This document shows positions 12,123-21,005 of a stretch of DNA of 64,000 bases, piece after piece. This DNA comes from Candidatus Marinacidobacterium sp. Lineage in GTDB: Bacteria; Acidobacteriota; Vicinamibacteria; Marinacidobacterales; Marinacidobacteraceae. Made by a program: the position numbers and the translations under genes. The notes under the pieces were generated by a model. That model had not been told where the DNA came from, made no database searches, and saw only the letters and a list, made by a program, of their open reading frames with translations. The stretch is from assembly GCA_965220965.1 (NCBI GenBank), contig OZ244852.1, positions 768,001 through 832,000 on the forward strand, read 5' to 3'. Each line of letters opens with the position of its first letter. Position 1 is the stretch's first letter.

Positions 12123-13430
12123 CTACTCCGGAGCGCTCCCCGGGACCGTGTTCCCGGCGATGACGACCCGGGAGATCGTACGGAGCGCCGCGATGTCCTC
12201 GAGGGGGTTGTCGTCGAGCACGATGAAGTCGGCCCAGTTCCCCGGGACGAGCGAGCCGACCCCGGCGAGGTCGAGGCACTCGGCCGCAACGCCGGTGGCC
12301 GAGCGGAGGATCTGCTCGGCGGTGAGTCCGGCTTCCGCCATCTCCCCGGTCTCGATGTGCTCGAAGTACCCCTGGAAGCGCGCCGCCGGCCCGGTGTCCG
12401 TCCCGAACGCGATCGGGATCCCGGCGTCGGCGACCGCCTTCAGGTTCGCCATCGCGATCGGGTAGTGCTCGCGGTAGCCCTGCGCCGCGGGGCTCGCCGC
12501 GACCGCCGCCATCCGCTCCGGATCCTGGAGCTGCTCGATGACCTCGGGATCGGCGTCCTTGAGGAAGAAGGGGTCGTCGAAGAACTCGGGAACGTCCGCG
12601 TAGACGAAGGTCGAGATCTCCCGCACCAGCGTCGGCGAGTAGCAGACGCCGGTCTCCTCCATCAGGTCGAGGAACTCCTGGTCGACCGGCTGGTCGCGGA
12701 CGCTGTGGGCGATGAGGCCCGAGCCGGCCTCGAGGACTTCCTTGGCGTCATCCAGGTAGAAGATGTGGGTGGTCACCCGCTTGCCGGCCTCTTCCCCGAG
12801 TTCCATGACCCGCTGGATCGTCTCGGAGGCGACGCGTTCGTTCGCGCCCAGGTTCGTGTCCACCCGCATCTTGAGGAAGTCCGCGGGAAGCGCCAGGCTC
12901 CGGCCGACGGATTCCTCCGCCTCCTCCGGAGTTCCCGAGGAGATGACCTCCCCGGCGATCCAGATCCGCGCGCGGTCGAGCGAGTCGTCCTGTTCGTCCC
13001 GCAGCGCCGCCGCCTCCGGCCCGTCTCCGCCGAGCGAGGCGATGCTGGTGATCCCGTAGCGCGCGTAGAGCGCGAGCTGCCGGAGCAGGTTCTCCCGCGT
13101 GTAGTGCCCGCCTTCGAGGCCCATCACGTCGCTGACGTGGCCGTGGGCGTTGATGAACCCGGGGACCACCGTCTTGCCGGAGAGGTCTTCCATGGCGGCG
13201 CCGGGCGGCGCCTCCACCTCCGAGGCGGGGCCCACCGCCGTGATCCGGCCGTGATCCACCACGATGACCGCGTCTTCGATGACGGGCGCACCCGTCCCGT
13301 CCCACACCGCTGCGCCGGTGAAGGCGGTGACGCCTGGCAGGGGCTCCGGCTCGCCGGCGCAGCCGGCCACCAGTCCGGCGGCGGCCAGGGCGGGGAGGAT
13401 GAGCCTTCGGGTCGAGGGGCGGGCGCGCAT
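12123..13430 (-). CDS. Amidohydrolase family lipoprotein
   Basis: LVAGC lipobox; PGFINAHGH, TTH, IAHS, FGTD, G...ADFIVLDDNPLEDI; GGAGG SD before ATG 13430. Confidence 0.88.
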   Translation of the reverse strand: MRARPSTRRLILPALAAAGLVAGCAGEPEPLPGVTAFTGAAVWDGTGAPVIEDAVIVVDHGRITAVGPASEVEAPPGAAMEDLSGKTVVPGFINAHGHVSDVMGLEGGHYTRENLLRQLALYARYGITSIASLGGDGPEAAALRDEQDDSLDRARIWIAGEVISSGTPEEAEESVGRSLALPADFLKMRVDTNLGANERVASETIQRVMELGEEAGKRVTTHIFYLDDAKEVLEAGSGLIAHSVRDQPVDQEFLDLMEETGVCYSPTLVREISTFVYADVPEFFDDPFFLKDADPEVIEQLQDPERMAAVAASPAAQGYREHYPIAMANLKAVADAGIPIAFGTDTGPAARFQGYFEHIETGEMAEAGLTAEQILRSATGVAAECLDLAGVGSLVPGNWADFIVLDDNPLEDIAALRTISRVVIAGNTVPGSAPE

Positions 13431-13530
13431 GGGGAGTTCCTCCGGGCGCTCGAATATACCCGGACATCTCCGGGATGGCCCCTCCCGGGCTGTTCCCCGG
13501 GAATCCGTTCCGGCGGTAGGGTTCGCGGTC

Positions 13531-14439
13531 GTGACCGTCGCCGCCGCGCCTTCGCAGTTCCGCCCGGGGGTTCCCAGCATGTGCGGGCGGCTGCGCTCCG
13601 CGCTCCTCATCGACCCGGCGGCTGGCGGCTGGGGACCCGCCTCGCCCTGGCGGGAGCTCGGATACGTCACCCCGCCCGACGCCGAGGCCGCTCTCCGTCA
13701 GCACGGCGAGCTGGCGCGGGCGCTTGAGGACTTTGGGGTCGAGCTTCTGCGTCCGGATCCCGAGCTGTCGCTCGAGGGCCTCACCCCGGACGCCGTCTAC
13801 TGTCACGACGCCTCGTTCCCGACCTCGCGCGGCATGGTGCTCATGCGGATGGGGAAGGAGCTTCGTCGCGCGGAGCCCGCCTTCCACGAGGCGCTCTTCG
13901 AACGCGCCGGTGTCCCGGTCATCGGCCGCATCGAGCCGCCGGGGCTGGCCGAAGGGGGAGACCTCGTCTGGCTCGACGACCGCACGGTTCTCGCCGGTGA
14001 GGGCTACCGCACGAACGCGGAGGGCATCGCGCAGCTCCAGGGCCTGCTGGGTCCGGACGGCGTCGAGGTCCTCACGGCGCCGCTGCCCCACGGGGAGGGC
14101 CCGAAGGCCTGCCTCCACCTCATGTCGCTGCTCAGCGTGCTCGACCGGCATACGGTCGTCGCCGATCCGCACTATCTGGGGGTTCCGACGCTCCGGTTCC
14201 TCGCCCGGCGCGGCTTCACGGTCGTTCCCATCGTCGAGGAGGAGCGCGCCACGATGGCGGCGAATGTCCTCGCGCTCGGCGACGGGGCGCTCGTCGCCCT
14301 CGCCGCCAACGGCCGAACCAACCAGCGGCTCCGCGAGGCCGGATTCCGCGTCGCCACCTACGAGGGCGGCGAGATCAGCGCGAACGGCGCCGGCGGTCCG
14401 ACCTGCCTCACCCGGCCGCTGCTGCGGGAGGCGCCGTGA
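13531..14439 (+). CDS. Dimethylarginine dimethylaminohydrolase / amidinotransferase (pentein) family
   Basis: DAVYCHD, RRAEP, EGGD, GYRTN, CLHLMS, NVLAL, GGPTCLTRPL (catalytic Cys). Start is approximate. Confidence 0.88.
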   Translation: MTVAAAPSQFRPGVPSMCGRLRSALLIDPAAGGWGPASPWRELGYVTPPDAEAALRQHGELARALEDFGVELLRPDPELSLEGLTPDAVYCHDASFPTSRGMVLMRMGKELRRAEPAFHEALFERAGVPVIGRIEPPGLAEGGDLVWLDDRTVLAGEGYRTNAEGIAQLQGLLGPDGVEVLTAPLPHGEGPKACLHLMSLLSVLDRHTVVADPHYLGVPTLRFLARRGFTVVPIVEEERATMAANVLALGDGALVALAANGRTNQRLREAGFRVATYEGGEISANGAGGPTCLTRPLLREAP

Positions 14440-14717
14440 ACCCCCGGGACCGGAACCGCGTCGCCGGCTGGATCGTCTTCGCCGCGTTCGCGGCGCTCAT
14501 GGCGTGGCTGGTCCTCTCCACCCTCCGGCTGGACGAGGCGCGCTGCGAGGTCACGATGGTGTTCGACGGTCGGGAGGCGACCGTGACCGCCCGCGGCGCG
14601 ACCGACACCGACGCCATCCGCGCCGCGATCACCGGCGCCTGCGCGCGGGTGGCCGACGGCCGGACCCGGAACATCCTGTGTCTGGACTCGCCGCCCCGCG
14701 CGGTTCGCTGCGAGTAG
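14436..14717 (+). CDS. Small membrane-anchored protein with 4 Cys (93 aa)
   Basis: GTGA overlap with the upstream stop; N-terminal TM; CEV..F.GR...A...AC......C....P..V.C pattern. Confidence 0.7.
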   Translation: MNPRDRNRVAGWIVFAAFAALMAWLVLSTLRLDEARCEVTMVFDGREATVTARGATDTDAIRAAITGACARVADGRTRNILCLDSPPRAVRCE

Positions 14718-15249
14718 GTCGTCGCCCGCCGGTCCTCCCGGCCGGCCCCCCCGGAGGGAACGCCTCGATGCGGCCGTCGGGGTGAACCACGAGCGCGCCG
14801 ACCGGCCGGCCGAAGAGGGCCCGGGCGGCGCGCCGGTGGCGGCGGACCCGGTGTTCGCTGTCGTCCCCCTCGGGAACGAGGGTGACGACCGAGAGCGTGT
14901 CGTCCCGGTGATGGATCACCAGCGGGATGTGGACGACCCGGGCGCCGCCTTCACGCTCGGGGAGCGACACCCGGAGCCCGGTGGCGAGCCGCCCCTCGAG
15001 CCGTCCGCCGCGGCCCCGCTCGGCGAGCGCGGCGAGCGCCAGCCGCCGGGCTTCGGCGGCCACCAGGCGTCGCGCGCCGGGGTCGGGAACGAGTCGTTCG
15101 TCCGCCAGGACCAGCGCCGTCTCGAGGTCCGGCGCCTCCCCGCGCGCGTCGCCGCGCCGGAACAGCGTGTGCGCCAGGATCCGGACGGCGGCCGCCCGGC
15201 GCCGCTCTTCGGAGGCGCCCCGGGGGGCGCTCCGGCCGGCCTGCGTCAT
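14629..15249 (-). CDS. Stand-alone degenerate RecB-like/PD-(D/E)xK domain, probably the detached AddA C-terminus
   Basis: ATG overlaps the addA TGA (ATGA). The sequence follows the AddA nuclease layout (LAHTLF; IPLVI..DD.LSVVTL; EH....H..AARALFG.PV.ALVV) but lacks the D..DxK residues. Confidence 0.55.
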   Translation of the reverse strand: MTQAGRSAPRGASEERRRAAAVRILAHTLFRRGDARGEAPDLETALVLADERLVPDPGARRLVAAEARRLALAALAERGRGGRLEGRLATGLRVSLPEREGGARVVHIPLVIHHRDDTLSVVTLVPEGDDSEHRVRRHRRAARALFGRPVGALVVHPDGRIEAFPPGGPAGRTGGRRPTRSEPRGAASPDTGCSGSGRRPPARRRR

Positions 15250-17885
15250 TCGCGCGTTGCCGGGCCATCCCCGGAGTCGTTGGCGAGCAGGGGCAGCACG
15301 GCGATGTCCTCTCCCCGCCAGTGGAGCGCATCGGCGGGCTCGAGCGCGGTGAGCGAGGCGCTCCGGTAGAGCTCCGGGGGCAGGAAGGAAGCGAGCCCCT
15401 GGGGGGCCCAGGGGTCGCCGTCCTTCTTGAACCGCGTCACCCACGACAGGGTCAGCGTGCGTTTGGCTCGCGTCATGGCGACGTAGAGGCAGCGCCGCTC
15501 TTCGGACTCCGCGCGTCCGCCGTCGTCCAGCTTCCAGGGGCTCGCATCCTTGATCAGGGCGATGGTCCAGACGCCGTCTTCCAGCTCCTGGACCCTCGGG
15601 ATGCCGGTAGCCCGCTGGCCCGGGTTGCCGCAGTCCACGAGGAAGACGTGGTCGAACTCGAGGCCCTTCGAGGCATGGATCGACATCGCCTGGACCGCGC
15701 CCCCGACGTGGACCGGCGCCTGGGTGGCGTCGCCGTCTTCCGCGCCCGCCAGGCTCTGGGCGACCTCCTCCAGGCCCGCCAGGCCGCTTCGCTCGAAAGC
15801 TGCGAGCTGCTGGCGCGCCCGGAGCAGATTCGCGGCGATCTGCGCCTGCGCTTCGGGGTTCGGCGCGGCGGCCTGTGCGCGGCGCAGGTAATCGGTCGCC
15901 CGCAGAGCCTCGTCCACGGTGCGCGAGGGCGACCGCCGCCGGGAGAGCCGGACCCAGCCCGCGATGGTCTGCGAGGCGTCCCGCAGCCGGGCCGCCCAGG
16001 CGCCGGAAGCCTCCGCCACGGCGCTGGCGTCCCCCCGGGCGAGGTCCGCGAACGGCGTGTCGGAACGGGCGGCGCGCTTCAGCCGGGCGAGGCTGTCGAA
16101 CGGCGTCGCGAAGAACCGGGAGCACAGGAGCTCGACCGCCCGGCGATCCGAAAACGGGCGGGCGAGGAAGCGCGCCAGAGCGGCGATGTCACGCATTTCG
16201 GAGGTCTGGTAGAAGTCCTGGCCCTTCGTGAGGTGCGTCGGGATCCCGAGTTCCTCCACCGCCGTCCGGTACGCGCCGAGCCGGTTGGCCGACCGGGCGA
16301 GCAGGGCGATCGACTCGGGGGCGGCGCCGTGCTCCCGCACCAGGTCCCGGATCCGGTTCGCGATCCGCCGCGCAACCGCATCGTGGCCGGCGGCCGGGTC
16401 GCCCACCGCCACCGCCACCGCAAGATCCGAAGCGGACTCGTCGTCCATCGGGCCGGCCCCCTCCGGGAACTCGTCGGAGCCGTCGTAGCGGAACGCCCAG
16501 TCCCGCTCCTCCCCCGGCGGATCCGTCGGGGCCATGTCCTTCGCGGCCCGGTTCACGAACCGGCGCAGGGAGCGGACGGACCGGAAGTTCCAGCGCAGCA
16601 CCTGGCGCGGGTCGCGGTCGGTCTCGAGCTCCCGCAGTTTCCTTTCGGCGCGCCCGAGGATCTCCACCCGGGCGTCCCGGAAACGGTAGATCGATTGCTT
16701 GTGGTCGCCGACCAGGAAGATCGTCGGTCTCCGCAGCCGGCCCCGGGTCACCCGGGTCACCTCTTCGGCGGCGAGCCCCTCTCCGGCCAGCCAGGGCTGG
16801 ACGAGCCACTCGAGCAGCTCCCACTGGTGGTCCGAAGTGTCGTGGAACTCATCGAGGAGCAGGTGGTGGTAGCGGGCCTCCAGCCGGAAGCGGCTTTCGC
16901 CGAACTCGTCCATCCGGGACAGCAGCCGGGTGGCCGCCAGCGTCAGGTCGTCGAAGTCCATGACGCCGCGGTCCCGCTTCAGCCGCTGGTACTCGGCCTC
17001 CACCGCCTGGCACACGCGCCAGAACGGCCTCAGCGCGATGTCGTTCCGCCGGTCCCGGTGGTGGCTCTCCAGCTTCAGGAACGAGGGGCGCGCCGCCTTG
17101 TAGGGCCCCTTCGCGGCGGGCGCAGACCCCTTCGGGGGCGTCTTGTTTTTGAAGAACTTCGAGAGCGTCTCGATGTCGAGCGCGTCCCGCGAGGCCGGCT
17201 GATCCTCGAGTCGGAGCGCGAGCCGCACCGGGAGCGGCGTTTCCGGGGCGGACGCCAGCGCCTCGCAGTCGTCGGCGACGGGGGCCATCGCGTCGCGCAG
17301 GCGAAGCCGGGGGCGAACGTTGAGCCGTTCCACCTCGTCTTCGAAATAGCGTCTCCAGGTCAGCCGCTTCTCGAGATAGCTGCGCAGCGCCTCCTCGGTC
17401 TTCGAGGCGCCGCGGTCCAGCAGCAGCGGGAGGTCGCCCAGCGTCTCCCGATCCAGCCCGGCGGCGCCGGTGAGCACGCCGCGGATCGCCTCCGCCCGGA
17501 CCACCGGCATCGCGCGCTCGTCCAGAACCTCCATCCCGGGCGGGAGCCCGGCGTCGAGCGGAAACTCGCGCAGCAGGCCCAGGTTGAAGGCGTCGATCGT
17601 CAGGACGTTCACGTCGGCGAGATCGGCGGTGGCGCCCCGGCTTCGCCGCCGTTCGGGCGCCCGGAGCTCCTTCACGATCCGGTCCTTCATTTCCTGGGCC
17701 GCCTTCCGCGTGAAGGTGAGCGCGAGGATGTGGCGGGGGGGCGCGCCGTGATCGAGGAGTCGCAGGTAGCGGGTCACGAGGACGGTCGTCTTGCCGGTCC
17801 CCGCCGAGGCGCGGAGGATGATGTTGCGCGCCGGATCGGCGGCGACCTCGCGCGCCGCGGCGTCCGGCGGCGTGAAGGCGCTCAT
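15246..17885 (-). CDS. addA: AddA-like UvrD/SF1A helicase (879 aa) lacking a fused nuclease domain
   Basis: ASAGTGKT, LTFTRKAA.EM..RI, DFDDL, LLDEF.DTS, VGD.KQSIYRFR, NFRS, SIHASKGLEF..VFL, EERR.LYVAMTRAK; immediately downstream of addB (ATGA overlap). Confidence 0.85.
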   Translation of the reverse strand: MSAFTPPDAAAREVAADPARNIILRASAGTGKTTVLVTRYLRLLDHGAPPRHILALTFTRKAAQEMKDRIVKELRAPERRRSRGATADLADVNVLTIDAFNLGLLREFPLDAGLPPGMEVLDERAMPVVRAEAIRGVLTGAAGLDRETLGDLPLLLDRGASKTEEALRSYLEKRLTWRRYFEDEVERLNVRPRLRLRDAMAPVADDCEALASAPETPLPVRLALRLEDQPASRDALDIETLSKFFKNKTPPKGSAPAAKGPYKAARPSFLKLESHHRDRRNDIALRPFWRVCQAVEAEYQRLKRDRGVMDFDDLTLAATRLLSRMDEFGESRFRLEARYHHLLLDEFHDTSDHQWELLEWLVQPWLAGEGLAAEEVTRVTRGRLRRPTIFLVGDHKQSIYRFRDARVEILGRAERKLRELETDRDPRQVLRWNFRSVRSLRRFVNRAAKDMAPTDPPGEERDWAFRYDGSDEFPEGAGPMDDESASDLAVAVAVGDPAAGHDAVARRIANRIRDLVREHGAAPESIALLARSANRLGAYRTAVEELGIPTHLTKGQDFYQTSEMRDIAALARFLARPFSDRRAVELLCSRFFATPFDSLARLKRAARSDTPFADLARGDASAVAEASGAWAARLRDASQTIAGWVRLSRRRSPSRTVDEALRATDYLRRAQAAAPNPEAQAQIAANLLRARQQLAAFERSGLAGLEEVAQSLAGAEDGDATQAPVHVGGAVQAMSIHASKGLEFDHVFLVDCGNPGQRATGIPRVQELEDGVWTIALIKDASPWKLDDGGRAESEERRCLYVAMTRAKRTLTLSWVTRFKKDGDPWAPQGLASFLPPELYRSASLTALEPADALHWRGEDIAVLPLLANDSGDGPATRE

Positions 17886-20800
17886 GCGTCCTGCTCCGCT
17901 TCGGAGGTCGCCGGCTCGTCCGCCGGGGGCGGGTCCGGGAGGTCGGTCCGGCAGACGAGCCGGTAGTCGAACTTGCCGGACTCGGGCGGCAGCCGGAAGT
18001 CCCCGGCCCCGAGCCGCCGGTGGGCGTCCCGCAAAAGCTGATCCTGTTCCTCGTCGTTCGGGCGGTCCTCCGGGCCGACCCATGTGCGGCCTCCGAAGTA
18101 GGGGATGGCGTAGCCGGTGGGCCGCTCCCGCTCCTTCCCGATGAGCCGCGCGTAGAGCCGGGCCTGCACCGGCTTCTCGTAGGGGCGCCCGGACTTGTAC
18201 TCGACGACCCGAAGCGTCCCGTCTTCCAGTTCGTCGAGCCGGTCGAGGCGCCCGCGAACCCGCAGCGCCGGGAGGTCGGCCAGGGCCGGTTCGAGTTCCC
18301 CCTCGAGCTGCGCTTCGAAGGCGACGGGGTCCGCCGGCCCGCGGGCCGCCTCTTCCCGCAGATACCACTCGATCGCTCCTGGCGTGGCCTCCCCCCCGAA
18401 GAGCCAGCGCTCCTCGGCGAGCGCTTCGGCGTCCGGTATTCCGGCGTCGCGCCGGAAGGCCGCGAACTCCCGGCGAAAGAGCTCGAGGACGCGCTCCAGC
18501 GTGGTCTCCGAGACGGTCTCGCCGCTTTCGCGGAGCGAGCGGAACGCCTTCTCGAGGAAGTCGTGCAGTCGGGAGCCCCGGTCCGTCGGGGCCGGGACAT
18601 CGCTCAGCGGCCGCTCTTCGGGCAGCCCGAGAACGCGCCCGGCGAAGAACTGCGCCGGGTTCCGGAGGTAGACGTCGAGCGCGGTCGCCGACAGCGGCTC
18701 CTCGAGGACGCGCGCCGACGGAGCGATCCGGTCGAGGGTCGTGGGCAGCGGCTTCACCGCTCGGCCTGCAGGTCTCGCCTCGTCCGGAGCGAAGCCGACG
18801 GGCCCGCCGCCGGCCTTGCGGATGGCTTCCTCGAGCTCGACCTCGAAGGGCGACACCCCGGCGGGAAACGCATCGTGGAGCTCCGGTCGGGTGAAGGCGG
18901 CGAAACGCCTGGGAAGCGTGGGAAGGGCCCGCAGCAGCGCGATCTCCCGCTCGCGCCCGCGCGCCTGCCGGGAGCGGGTCGCGGGCTCGAGGAGGCGCGC
19001 GGGAAAGAAGATGTTCGAGGGGCGCGGGCCGGGCCAGTCGACATCCACCATCCCGAGCAGGACCAGCCCGTCCCAGTCCCCGTAGGGCGCATCCCTCGCG
19101 GCGATCAGGTGGACGCGCTGGCGGGGGGCGGTCGCTCCGGAGGCCTGCGGCGCCGCCGGGAGCCGGCGCCGCTCGAGCAGCCGCCGCACCCGGGCGGCGA
19201 ACGCCTCGCCCCCTCCGGTGAGCGTCTCCGCGGGAACGGCCTCCCGGGCCTGGTCGAGCGCGGCGAACACGGCGTCCCGGACGGCCTCGTCTCCCGGTTC
19301 GGGATCCCGCAACCGGCTCTCGAGGAACCCGCGCAGCGCCCGGAGCGCCTCCCGGAAGCCGCCGTCCGCCCGGAGCGGCGCGAGTTCGTCGGCGTAGACG
19401 AGGAGCCGGTCCATCGCGTCCGCCGCCACCGTCGCCGCCTCGGCCCGTCGGACCAGGCGCTCCGGCGCGCCGGACTCGGCGGATCGCCGCCGGAGTCTCC
19501 CGGCCCGCTTTCGCAAGCGATCGGCGACCTCCGCCAGTTCTTCGATCGGGTGCGTGTCGCGGATCGCCCGGTCCGCCAGTTCCCTCTCCAGGAGGTCGGC
19601 GGCCCGCGGCGGCGGCTCGCCATCGAACGCGTGGTCACGGAAGAAGGGATCCCGGAGCATCCGGAGGCCGAGCGAAATGCGGCCCGGCTGCGCGCCGAAC
19701 CGGAGCGCGGCGCCCACCGAGGCGACCCAGGGGGCTTCGGCGAGTCCGGGGCGCAACCGGGTCTCGAGCGCGAACCCGAAGTCCGCCAGGGCGCTCTCGA
19801 CGGCGCTCCGGTACTCCCGCGGGTTCTGCGCCGCGAGGGCCAGGCGGAGGGGAGCGCCGGAGGCCCCGGCCGGGTCCGCGTCCCGTTGGGCCCGCAGCAG
19901 ACGGGCGGCGAACCGAGCCTCCTCCTCGCGGTCCGACCTGCGGAACACGAAACCGGCGTCGCGATCCGCCTCCTCCGGGACGAGCGTCACCGGCGACTTC
20001 GGGGGCTCCGCCAGCGCCGGATCGAAGAGCGACCGCGGGGCGGTCGGAACGACGCTGGCGTCGTCGGGCGAATCCGGATCGGGGGAGTCCGCGACCAGGG
20101 CCCATGACAGGGCGCCCGCTGGCAGCAGCGCCGCGAGGACCTCGATCTCGGCGGGCCGGGCGGCGTCCTCCCCGACCGCGATCGCCCGCCACCCCGCGAG
20201 CCCCGGCCGGAGCGAGTCGGCCTCGGCGAGGAGCGCCCGCCGCAGCCCGTCGCCATCGGTGCGTTCCACGGCGCCGAGCGCGCGCCGGTAGCGCGAAACG
20301 ACGCGTTCCAGCCACTGCGCGAGCCCCAGCAGCCGCCCGGCGCCGTGATCGGTTTCCGCCGCTTCGGTCAGGACGCGCCGGGCGCGGGCCACGAACGCCC
20401 GGTAGGCCGGACGGTCGGGGTCGGGACGCCGGTCGGCGGCCTGTTCCTCGAGGAACGCCAGGAGCGGACCGGTGAGCGCCTCGGCGGCGCGTCCCGCCTC
20501 CCCCGGGGGCGCTCCCGGGGTCGCCGCTTCCCGCAGGATGGCCTCCTCCAGCAGGACTTCCCGCGTCAGCGCCGGGGCCACCCGGAACGGCGCCTCGAGT
20601 TCCGGGACCCGGTCGCCGAGAAACGTGGAAACCGCTCCCACGAAGGGCGCGGGCGCCCCGCGAAGCCGCGGCCCCAGCGCGTCCTCGAGGACGCCGGCCG
20701 CGCCGGCGTCGGGGACGAAGAGGTGGAGCGGCTGATGGCGCCGGGCCGCATCCCGCGACTCCGCGATCAGGAACCGGTGGAGCTCCCGCCAGGTGGCGAA

Positions 20801-20917
20801 GCGGCGCGTCGGGATCCGGGCCTGGGCGTCGCCCTCGGCGCCGGCGCCGGGCGAGCCGCCGGCGCCCCGGGGCGGAGCCTCCTCGCCCGAGGGGCTTCGC
20901 TGGGCCTTGTCGGTCAC
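17882..20917 (-). CDS. addB: AddB-like inactive helicase with C-terminal PD-(D/E)xK nuclease
   Basis: C-terminal LSATALDVY..NP..FF, RGS.LH..LE, RGRLDRLD, VVEYKSG, Q..LY; paired with an addA-like helicase. Confidence 0.82.
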   Translation of the reverse strand: MTDKAQRSPSGEEAPPRGAGGSPGAGAEGDAQARIPTRRFATWRELHRFLIAESRDAARRHQPLHLFVPDAGAAGVLEDALGPRLRGAPAPFVGAVSTFLGDRVPELEAPFRVAPALTREVLLEEAILREAATPGAPPGEAGRAAEALTGPLLAFLEEQAADRRPDPDRPAYRAFVARARRVLTEAAETDHGAGRLLGLAQWLERVVSRYRRALGAVERTDGDGLRRALLAEADSLRPGLAGWRAIAVGEDAARPAEIEVLAALLPAGALSWALVADSPDPDSPDDASVVPTAPRSLFDPALAEPPKSPVTLVPEEADRDAGFVFRRSDREEEARFAARLLRAQRDADPAGASGAPLRLALAAQNPREYRSAVESALADFGFALETRLRPGLAEAPWVASVGAALRFGAQPGRISLGLRMLRDPFFRDHAFDGEPPPRAADLLERELADRAIRDTHPIEELAEVADRLRKRAGRLRRRSAESGAPERLVRRAEAATVAADAMDRLLVYADELAPLRADGGFREALRALRGFLESRLRDPEPGDEAVRDAVFAALDQAREAVPAETLTGGGEAFAARVRRLLERRRLPAAPQASGATAPRQRVHLIAARDAPYGDWDGLVLLGMVDVDWPGPRPSNIFFPARLLEPATRSRQARGREREIALLRALPTLPRRFAAFTRPELHDAFPAGVSPFEVELEEAIRKAGGGPVGFAPDEARPAGRAVKPLPTTLDRIAPSARVLEEPLSATALDVYLRNPAQFFAGRVLGLPEERPLSDVPAPTDRGSRLHDFLEKAFRSLRESGETVSETTLERVLELFRREFAAFRRDAGIPDAEALAEERWLFGGEATPGAIEWYLREEAARGPADPVAFEAQLEGELEPALADLPALRVRGRLDRLDELEDGTLRVVEYKSGRPYEKPVQARLYARLIGKERERPTGYAIPYFGGRTWVGPEDRPNDEEQDQLLRDAHRRLGAGDFRLPPESGKFDYRLVCRTDLPDPPPADEPATSEAEQDA

Positions 20918-21005
20918 GAGCGGGAATCCTACGAAGCGGGGTGGTCAGGTTCCGTCATGTTCGTTCCTGTTCGGGCGGCCGGTTCGCGGTAGCCTCTCGC
21001 ACGCC

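Noticed and set aside
14782-15369. 195-aa + strand ORF as the gene in the gap after the 93-aa protein
   Set aside because: No motifs, and it overlaps the addA end; the - strand ORF coupled to addA by ATGA fits better.
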